From Phoronis australis (taxonomy: Eukaryota > Animalia > Phoronida), in the NCBI GenBank assembly GCA_002633005.1, contig NMRA01000660.1, positions 113,442 through 177,441 of the forward strand: DNA of 64,000 nt, given 5' to 3'. The first letter of the stretch is position 1. Every line of letters starts with the position of its first letter. The position numbers and the translations under genes are program-made. The notes under the pieces are model-generated. The model saw only the letters and a program-made list of their open reading frames with translations, searched no databases and had not been told where the DNA came from. Shown here piece by piece: positions 54,340 through 64,000 of the stretch.

Positions 54340-55390
54340 ACCTGTTGAAGAGGGTGGTTGAGGCAGCGCCGCCTGAGGTGTTCCCCTGGTGATCCGATCT
54401 GCCACACCTATACCCTACCATCTAGACAAGTAGTCACAGATTGACTTTCGAACATGATAATGATCCGCCTAGAAAAGCACCTGCTCACTTTAAAGTGGTT
54501 TAGTGCTACTCCGATTGCCTCTTGCTTAATATTGCTGAAAGCACCAACAAGGCCACAGAAGAAGCAGAGGGGAAATTGCTCATTAAAAACCGCCCTTTCC
54601 AGTCTAGTATGCAGATGATGTCTCTGTATATACATTACCGAGTTGGGTAATAAACTAATTACAAACTTTTCAGATAGCCAAACAGCAATTAAAGCCCTAA
54701 ACAAACCAAGACCAGATATATATGTAGTAGTGTTAATGCTTGTATTATTGAGCTTAACGAGCTTGCAATTGAAATAACCATCAATACACACTGGGTCAGG
54801 TCCCATGTGCGAATTGATGGCAATGAAAATGCATACAAACTTGCAAAGACAGCGTGTACCAGAACCTGCTATTCGAATATACCCTACGGATACTACAGGA
54901 TGAGTATATGCAACTGGGTGCATACACAGTCAGCAGGGCAGTGGGCATCGCTTAACTCCTACAATGAAACCAAGCACTTTCCCTGCACGATCAAACCAGA
55001 AGTTTCTATAGATCTTCTGAGTCTTGATAAATTGGGCATAAGACCGTCATTCAAATTTTGACGGGCCACTGTAAACTAACCCGACACAGAAATATTTGTG
55101 GGCATGTAGGGAGCCCATTGTGCCTCGAGTGTGGTTCTGATATTAAAACCCTTAAATATCGGGTAGAGTCTTGTCCAGCTTTTTACACCCTAAGGAGAAC
55201 CCTGCTGGATGGCACTTTTACATGCACATGCCCGTTTTCTTAAAGCATACAGGCAGACTTGAAAACTTCCTTCACGAAGAACCGGTTGGTCTATAACAAG
55301 GTTCTAGTATTTTACACCAGGTGTTTAGTGCAATGGGCCCAACTGTGAGGCCGATGCATCTTAAATGATATCAGGCCACCTGCACTCTTT
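54340..55390 (+). mobile_element. 5'-truncated LINE (LOA/I group): RNase H, CCHC finger and 3' end
   Basis: FSDSQTAIKAL...HWVRSHVRIDGNENAYKLAK (RNase H), then TGHC...SPLCLECG...SCPA; frameshifts present. Confidence 0.85.
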
Positions 55391-55399
55391 TTATATAGC

Positions 55400-55685
55400 G
55401 AGGAAACGCATGTGTGGCATGTATTTTGGTTTTAAGGAACGTATAATGAATTTGTATTAACTGATGGATGCGTGCATGTATTTATTTCAGCGTGTAGTAC
55501 ATGTGTGCACGTATGTATGTACATGTGCCTTTCACATTAGGGTACTGCGATTGCTATAGCCCCCTCTTTTTTCAGTGCTGCGCCGCCGAAAACGTATTCA
55601 TGCTTGTATATGTTTATGTAAATGTATTTATGTATGTATGTTGGATTGTATGTAGAATTTTATGCACATATGTATGTGTGTGTAA
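55400..55685. repeat. Degenerate (TATG)n microsatellite
   Basis: Visible. Confidence 0.8.
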
Positions 55686-57174
55686 TGGGAATCTAAAGTA
55701 TATCTTGTTAACTTCAAGTACTATACGCTTAATGCAACAGCAAATAATCTTTGTGAAGAGAAAGGACAACAAATCTTAATGATGTTGAGAACACCCAAAG
55801 ACTGATTATTGTTTTTAAAACTCCCTCGTTCCCAAGACCCCACGACTCGAACACCACACGACCCGCACACCCCTCGACCCGCAAGACCACCTCGACCGAC
55901 AACCCCTACGACCCACAACCCTTTCGACCCACGACCTGTGGCAATAGGTGTCTCTTTGCGCTTTAATTCTAACACATATAACAATCATATTACGTCAATG
56001 AATGACTCTCCCACAAGAATTACCTAGACTAGTATCTGCTCTGGCTCAAGCCAGGTGGTTAAAAACAGAAAGTGGTGTAAGAACATGATGAATTGTGAGC
56101 GTGCGATCGTTACCACGGGAATTGTTCCAAGAGCGGATACCAATGGCCACGTACTATTAAACTTAGGGAGATAGTACCTTAACGTGAATAGACAAAAATT
56201 AACATTTGTATTGATTGCTTTCTGTTGTATAATCGTTTACACTGTACTCCTTGCAACGTTGGAATACTTTGTAGTTGTTTATCTGTATTTACTAAAGAAA
56301 TTCCATATTCATCAGTTCCTCCCCAAAAAGCTTGAATCTGCCATACACTGAAGAACAGACGAGACGATTACACGTTGCCGGGAACAACATTTGTAGCGAT
56401 GGTAGGTCGCGATGTATTTTTTTCTGTTTTTGGCCTTCAAACTTTCAGAATCGACTCGTTTAATTGCAAAAACATGGAAATCAACCGAGTTTACGGCCTC
56501 CCTGGTTGGTCCTGGAAGTCAGCTCTTGTTCTACAAGTACATGACACTGTATGATCAGATCAAGTCGAACTTGTGCAGACTGGGTCGACGGTTGTGTAGG
56601 CCGTGGGTCCATTGAGTCGTGGGTCTAGGAGGTCGGGGTGGGGGGTCGATGGGGTCTTAGAACAATCCACAGACAGATGATGAAGTTGCATGAAAGATAA
56701 TATTTGCAAAAGTTTACGTCTTGCTCCGGGAGAATCATCCTGTTCAAATACTTGATGGTTTACCAAAAATCTACTTACAAATAAAATGTCAAGATTGTTG
56801 GAAATTTTCGGCATTGATTAATATTCAGCAACATTAAATGTTTCAATCACATACTCCGCATTGGAAATAATGAAATCGTAGAATTCCTAACTAGATTAAG
56901 TTCTGTATTGCGTGAGTAAAACGAATATTAATTTAATTGAGTGACCACTTTATGGTGATTCAAAGCAACTTAGAAAAAAAAAACAAGAATGGACGACACA
57001 AAAACATTTCTTTGGTATTGTGTACACGCATGTATGTCAGAGGATATTTGTACTGTAATTTGAACATAAACTGTACTACTGTTTAGTGGTAGGTGGTAAT
57101 TCTCGTGAAGTTCAGCTCCCAGTCAGTGACACCGAAATCTTATCTTCAGTACGAATGTCATGCTTGAAATTCAG

Positions 57175-57320
57175 GATTCAAGTATTTGTCGGGCTGCTTG
57201 GCACGATAGTAGAATCTTACCTTGGAGCGATAACGAAGAGGATAGAACGGTCAACTGGACACAGCCTGCTGATTTAGACGAGTATTACAGAACAAGGCGT
57301 TATGGGTTTACGACAACTGG
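57175..57320 (+). CDS. LCCL-domain exon, right paralog (DSSICRAAWHDSRILPWSDNEEDRTVNWTQPADLDEYYRTRRYGFTTT); possibly pseudogene
   Basis: Inverted homolog of 5059-5204 with the same length and splice sites; upstream 57060-57174 is a frameshifted LCCL N-half (INCTT...). Confidence 0.75.
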
Positions 57321-58094
57321 GTAAGATCGACAATATAACATAGCTTTAAAGTTGTACTAAGTTCGTTTTGACGTTTTCATCCCGATTTCTTCTCAAGACA
57401 CCTGTTATTGCATAGTTAGTTTACATTTGGGAGATAAAACGTTTGCTCCGCTAATTATCCTACCGGTTTTATTAGAGGGTTTGTGTTTCTGGGCATAAAT
57501 ATTCCATGTAGTCCCTGATAAACTTCGAATGCGTGGGCAACAATTACCCATTTGACACAATTTGAAAACTGTTGTCAAGTGGCCTCCTATTAACTAATGA
57601 TATTTGATAATGGTGTGTGGGGCTGGCTCCGTTTTATTTTGAAATTTCAAGTAGTATAGGGACTGAACTCGGTTGCTTTTCACATTCGGGCCTATGTTAA
57701 ACAGCTCTAGTGATGTTTTGATCTCTGTGCAAGTATATCAATGCAAATTCGTCACAAAATTGTAGTCAGAAACCTAAGCCTAGATGGCATCTAAAAACTA
57801 CAAATTTTCTTAAGAACTTGGTACGCATCTTACAAAGAATGGCGATTTTTGTTAATGTAGTATCTTATTGTCTTTGTATCATTTTGTGTTGCCGATATTT
57901 TAACACAAGTTCTTTGTCAATCATCTTCCACGTTTATATTCATTGTCACGAACATGGCTTAGTTTGTGTGTTATTTCAACCCACTAGTTGACTGTTTTAA
58001 ATGTTTCCACGTCACTGCGATTTCGTTCCTTCTTGTTTCATTATATTGCGTTCTTACGCCTCTGTGTAATATAGTGATGTAATTGTCATTGAAG

Positions 58095-58144
58095 GCATCG
58101 CGGAACGTGTGGCGCTAGGAATTTCACAAGTCCAAGGATAAAAG
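58095..58144 (+). CDS. Small exon following LCCL, right paralog (GHRGTCGARNFTSPRIK)
   Basis: Phase 2-1; gtaagt donor; differs from the left copy by a frame-preserving 3-nt indel. Confidence 0.7.
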
Positions 58145-59487
58145 GTAAGTTCAACTAGATGATATACTGGGTAAAAGCAACGACAATCGTCATTCTAATT
58201 GCCGACAAAACCTACAAGTTCTGCAGGGTACAGTAGTTAGAGTCATCGAAATAGTGAACGAATTTAAAGGTTTCATTGACTTTTAAGAGGCAGTCCATAT
58301 AAAAACCAGTACATTTTCAAATAATCGGGCTTGACTACATTATAAAAACTTCATTTTTGTACATGCATTGGTATCCTAACAGACTTCTAAATGCCACATT
58401 TTGTGCAGTCAATGACCTCTATTTTCTCTGCTGCAGCATGAGATCACAATGGATCATATTAACCGTCTCCAAAATTGCATGTTTTCAGCAACGAAAAAGG
58501 TAACTTCCAAAATAGATTGAAAAATGTACTTGGTTTGCTGGAATAACCAATTTAATACGTGCATAATTATTTGGCATCTATTCAAATTTGACAGCTTTCT
58601 GCTAGACAGGAGAGTCCAAAGTGGTCCACAGACCACTTTTCCCAGGAAAATTTGATGGTCGTTTTTGTGACCCTTTTATCGCCATAATGCACCTTTGAAC
58701 TTACAGCTAAAGAGTAAAGTTTGTTGAATAAGTAAAAAACATCTTTCTTCAACTTTACATTTTAGGGAAAGTAGTGTTGCAAAACTATCTATTAAGGAAA
58801 CAATGAGCAGACAGTTGACATTAGGTTTGAATATATACGAAAAACTTGTACATATAACCCTCTTGTTTTTTTTCCATTATCATTTCTTTGACATTGATCA
58901 GGTTAATTTAAACATTATGTAGAATTCTTAACGGGGAATAAATGACTTTGATAGAGTATGATCTTCTACTAGCCAGATTAGGTTAATTTGTGACAGAGCA
59001 GGAACAGTCGTGGAGGAGTCAAATGATATGCTATGTTCACCGAACAGAATTTGTCCCGGATTTTACCCACGCAGAACGTATCTGTATCCTGAACACCCAG
59101 GATCTTCCAGAGAGAACCTAAGCAAGGTATTGACTTCAACATGTCACAGTAGACATTAGATAAGTTTGGACAGCTTGTTCCAGTGGGTTCAGGTGGGAGG
59201 ATCGTTTTCTGACATAACCTTCTTGATATCTGTTATAGTATTATTTATAGAGATCCTAACTGAGGTACCTGCATAATCCGAAACAGCTGATTCTGAAGCT
59301 ATACCTTCACCAACAGTTCAAACTGTCTCTACACCACATCGAAATTGATACCACTACGTGAACCTTCGACTTCAAGATCCACGAGATCAAGTGTTGCAGT
59401 TAAAGTTAAATGACCGAACTTTGACTTCGAGTGCTCGCCATACATTATATCTTTTATAGTAGTTAATCGCAGTTTGTTGTTGAGGTG

Positions 59488-60860
59488 AAAAAAAACAGTT
59501 GTCAGTGCAGTGGCGTAGCGAGCATCACCTTGTCCTCCGTCGGCACCTCATGTGCAATCCGCTCCCCTTTTGGTAGCTGGTGAACAGATGCGTAGTACCC
59601 CCTGCTTGACGACACCAGTTTGGCGCCCCCTTTCGACAGGCGCCCAGGGGCATTTGTCCCCTGATCCCCCTTGCTACGCCACAGAGTCAGTCACTCGGTA
59701 GATTTGCTGTTAAGTCCAGACGGTTGAACGTTGTTGACCTAATTTCTGTCATGAACTGTCATTCATTATTTTTTTCTGGACCTCGAATGTTTACTTTCTT
59801 ATACCGTTGATGATAGCACTGTTAGAGGTTTTCAACTATTGAGTGGCCGAGAGGGAGGGGGGGGGGGGTGGAAACTCCATATTTCTGTGTACCCATGGAA
59901 ACCAAACTTTGTACATGTAGCAACCCTAGGAGACATTACAATACATTATGAACTCAAAATTGCAACGACTTTTGACTGTGTGGAAAGCTTACATTGTTTG
60001 CACTGAACAGGGCCGCTTGGCTCCCTTGGGTGGCTCCCTCCTATACCAGTCGCTCTTACAACGAAGATAAAAAACAAGAGCAAGGCAGATTCGACTTCTA
60101 AATGTGTTCAGAGTAGACATGTTAACAAATAGCAACGCCATATATCCTTTAGACGAAGCACGCATGCCAGTCACANAAAAAAAAAACACTTGTCAGTGCA
60201 GTGGCGTAGCGAGTACCACCTTGTCCTCCGTCGGCACCTCATGTGCTATCCGCTCCCCTTTTGGTACCTGGTTAACAGATGCGTAGTACCCCCTGCTTGA
60301 CGACACCAGTTTGGCGCCCCCTTTCGACAGGCGCCCAGGGGCATTTGTCCCCTGATCCCCCTTGCTACGCCACGGAGTCAGTCACTCGGTAGGTTTGCTG
60401 TTAAGTCCAGACGGTTGAACGTTGTTGACCTAATTTCTGTCATGAACTGTCTTTCATTACTTTTTTCTGGACCTCGAATGTTTGCTTTCTTATACCGTTG
60501 ATGATAGCACTGTTAGAGGTTTTCAACTATTGAGTGGCAGAGAAGGAGGGGGGTGGAAACTCCATATTTCTGTGTACCCATGGAGACCAAACTTTGTACA
60601 TGTAGCAACCCTAGGAGACATTACAATACATTATGAACCCAAAATTGCAATGACTTTTGACTGTGCGGAAAGCTTACATTGTTTGCACTGAACAAGGGAG
60701 TTTGGCTCCCTTGGGTGGCTCCCTCCTATACCAGTCGCTCTTACAACGAAGATAAAAAACAAGAGCAAGGCAGATTCGACGTCTAAATGTGTTCAGAGTA
60801 GACATGTAAACAAACAGCAACGCCATATATCCTTTAGACGAAGCACGCATGCCAGTCACA
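59488..60860. repeat. About 690-bp direct duplication (59488-60175 vs 60177-60860) joined by a single N
   Basis: Near-identical copies, N at 60176. Confidence 0.95.
59508..59684. mobile_element. hAT-type MITE (duplicated at 60199-60375)
   Basis: TIRs CAGTGGCGTAGC / GCTACGCCACAG; flanks TGTCAGTG and AGTCAGTC fit a decayed 8-bp TSD. Confidence 0.75.
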
Positions 60861-62074
60861 ATTTAAGTACATATTTTTTTATAATTAACACAAATCGTCA
60901 TCTGGTTTTCAGAGAACTGTAATTAGTAATGATGCCAAAAATAATAGCTTTTACGCGGTGTATTTGCAAGCTAATTACATGTTCCAAGAGCCCCCTATTG
61001 GTGGCTGAGGCAACTGAGAACTGTCAAATAGGACGAAGTGCAGTTCGTGTAATACTTTGTAAGATAAAACTACGGTAGAGGCAAAATTTATTATTTTATA
61101 TTATGAACAGGTTAGGAATGAATGAACAAATCATATTAAATTTAGTTCTTGGAAAGTTGCAGTATGGCTGCTACAAAGTGCCAAATTTTTCCAAGAATAG
61201 CTTCAGTGAAAACTAAGTACCCATTTTTCCACGCAAAATCATAACATACAAATTTGAAAACAAATTTTGAAAGTGATTCCATTAAATTATTCATTACCCG
61301 CCTTTTGAAATCGTGTCACTCATCTGTTATCAGATCAATATACTTGCTAGTAAAATGCATTCAATCTTGTCTATTTCGGCGCCTAAATTTGTTGCAAAAT
61401 GGAGATTTTTCTACATTTCACCACACCAAACTCATGCGCTAAGTTTCAAAACAATCGGTGATTACCTACCTGTAGTGTTGGTTTTATAAGGAAACACTCT
61501 TAATTCTTTTTAAGGTATTGCTTTAGTTTTTGCTAACATAACAGGTAGTAGAAAACAAAATGAAATGCATCACATTTTACATAAAAATTTGCAGTTCTAG
61601 AATAACACTTCTTGAACAAGATTACAATTTGCTAGCACAAATGGGTGGTATTAATGATTTGTATATAGTATCAATTCCGTCATGGGGAGGGCAACAAATC
61701 AAAATTGCCCTGTGTTCCACCCTCTCCTGGTCTTCCCCAAATTTGTCTTTGTCCTCTCCATATTCTTCAACAACGTCAGTCAATGTGGTCGCCATATTTG
61801 TCACCAACTTGAAGCATTGTGGTAGCGGTACTTGTCATAGCATTCGCAGGATTTTTATGTCAAGCCCAACTTTGACCGTGCAAAACAAAACGCTTACCAC
61901 AGGGATGTTAGAGGAACAGACCGGGCAACTCTGCGACGATGGTTTTGCTAACTGCCCCTTCCTGGAAATGTTTTCGTGGTGAAACCGATAATCATCCCGA
62001 AGAAACATAGATTCGTTTGTTGTGCACCGTGGGCGCATACCATCGCTTTGCGTTGTTCTTGTGACATTTTTCAG

Positions 62075-62362
62075 AACCGCTATACAACATCAGCGTGCTT
62101 GTGTCTTTATATGGTGGTGACGTCAGAGTGTATGGTGGAAGTAACGTTCACATCGGCACAGACCCCATAGAGGGCGGAGTGCACTTGAATATAGGGTCAA
62201 GTGGTGCTACTCCAGCGCTTGTATCCAACGGAAACGTAGGCACGGGACCTAATGCTTATGCCCAATACACAAAACAGGACAAGTTTACTGCTTACTACTT
62301 CACAGTTGACAAGAAGAATCTCTACTCGTGGGTGATTGTTCCTGTCTTGGCCATTTCAGCAG
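62075..62362 (+). CDS. 288-nt phase 1-1 exon, probable Ig-like extracellular module (EPLYNISVLVSLYGG...AYYFTVDKKNLYSWVIVPVLAISA)
   Basis: tttttcag acceptor and gtgggt donor; fully open; symmetric phase 1 and 96-codon length are typical of Ig/FN3 exons; domain identity inferred. Confidence 0.55.
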
Positions 62363-62639
62363 GTGGGTGCTATGTCTTCAGCTGACGATCTTCTTTTTAG
62401 GTTGTCACTTGAACTAGTTATTGCTCTTCACAAACGGATATATCTTGAAACTCTGTGAAATCTGTACACTTAGGTTTAAATCATATGAACTAGATTACTA
62501 CTTTTATTGAATATCATCATCAGGTTCTGTATATAATACATACCAAGCAAATACATTTCTTGTTAAAATAAGAATACTTTTACGAACGCTTGGAACAATT
62601 ACAAACCCCCTCATTGGTAACATGGAAGATTCTTAGTCT

Positions 62640-64000
62640 CTTACCTCGAAGATTGCGTAAAATCAAAAGTTTTGCTATGTAATTTAGTTTCAAGTCAACT
62701 TTTCACAGAGAAGTAGCAGTCAAAGACGTTGCCATTATTAACGACTTTGTGTTTTCAGACAACTCTGCCATTACTTTACATTTTGAAATATCCGAAAATG
62801 CGAAGAGGAGTCCTGGTCTTTGGAAATTGAACACTAGTTTTTTAAACGATACTAATTATATAAACCAAATAGCTAAATGTGTCGAATTTTATAGTACTCA
62901 GTACCGACATATTGAAGCCAAATTTGAGTGTGGGAATTAATTAAAATGGAAATTAAAAAAAGTTTACAAAAAGCCAAAATTGATTTGCAAATTGTCCAGT
63001 CCCAAAAAAATCAAGGGCTCGATTCTGCGTAGTAAAGCACAATGGGCAGAACAAGGCGAGAATGGAAAATATTTTAAAAAACTTGAGTTACGCCGCAGCA
63101 AGCAAAAACATATTAACGCCCTTAAAGATAGTGCTAAAACTATAACTGATGCAGCAAGCACTCCGAATATGCAAGTGAACTATTACTTTACTCCGTTATT
63201 GAAGAATGCAATGGAGAGAGAATACATCCAATCGACCTTTTTAATTGACCAATAAATAAAAAGCTATCTACTGCATATTCTTACTATCCAGAAAAAAATC
63301 TAACAGAAGAAGAATTGTGTGAATCTTTGGTAGATACAATACCTAACAAGACGCCTGGTAATGATGGTATCAGCTAAAATTTTTATAAAAACTTTTGAAA
63401 GGTAATTAAAGAAGATTTATTGGCGAGTGTCACTTACAGCTTTGGAAAGTGTCACATGTCCAATTCTCAAAAGCAAGGTGCAATCACGTTAATCCCAAAA
63501 AAGTAAACAGCCCGAGGAATTACTATCTTTAGACAATTTGAGACCTATCTTTCTTTTGAACTGTGACTATAAATTAATAACTAAAACAATCCCAAACAAA
63601 ATATAAAATTTAACAATTTAATTCATCCATATCAAACATGCTTGTCAAAACGTTATATAGGCCAGAATATACGTGTAATTGACGATATGATTGAATTTTA
63701 TAAAGAAAAGCACACCCCCGGTCACATTGTAGTCCTCGATTTCAAGATAGCGTACGATACTGTAAAGTCGGAGTTTTTATTTCAGTCTTTAAAAGTTTTT
63801 AAGATTGGTGACGTTTTTATCAATAGAATCCGTACTTTGTATTCTAGAATTTCGTCATGTGTGTTGAACAGCGGATTTACATCACAGTATTATAACATAG
63901 AGACAGGCCTCCGACAAGGAGATCTATTATTAAGTCCGCTGTTCGTCCTGTTTGCGGAAATTATGTCACGTCATATCATAAGCAATGAATTATTATACAG
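62640..64000 (+). mobile_element. L1/Tx1 LINE ORF2 fragment (end of endonuclease, RT), degenerate, runs off the window
   Basis: PGLWKLNTSFL, RSKAQWAEQGE, KTPGNDG, LRPIxLLNCDYK, LDFKIAYD and GLRQGD motifs, with stops and frameshifts. Confidence 0.93.

Noticed and set aside
59488-60860. Real tandem duplication and its twin ORFs
   Set aside because: Joined by a single N; typical contig-overlap or haplotype artefact; the ORFs have no protein features
61620-61900. Minus-strand frame vaguely like a death domain (KVGLDIKILRML*QVP...)
   Set aside because: Contains a stop, lacks the conserved Trp residues and has no clear splice context; not supportable by eye
62095-62385. RHIM-like VRVYGGSNVHIG plus a C-terminal hydrophobic tail (MAVS/RIP-like adaptor idea)
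   Set aside because: No ATG start; a phase-1 donor at 62363 makes it better explained as an internal symmetric exon, so the tail anchor is probably read-through into intron

Overview
AT-rich animal genomic DNA with GT-AG introns, many transposon relics and two assembly gaps; the style suggests a marine invertebrate (inference). No prokaryotic genes, rRNA, tRNA or CRISPR were found. (1) Seven intact, phase-compatible minus-strand exons (24.5-30.3 kb) encode the membrane-distal D2 domain and C-terminus (...YANFS*) of a receptor-type protein tyrosine phosphatase (RPTP). The last three exons are repeated at 21.5-22.7 kb across an N gap, probably as an uncollapsed haplotype. (2) Two diverged, head-to-head paralogous loci (minus strand about 1-19 kb; plus strand about 38-62 kb) share a MENR... 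start exon, an LCCL-domain exon and a small Cys exon. They form an old inverted duplication around the orphan PTP 3' end. (3) The window also holds Kolobok-type TTAA elements (THAP and transposase remnants), hAT-type MITEs, TAG...CTA elements, L1/Tx1, LOA/I-group and RTE-like LINE fragments, and microsatellites. I see no clearly new biological system. The best lead is a rearranged, partly decayed cluster of LCCL/Ig-type receptor (RPTP) genes. All exon calls and alignments were made by eye.
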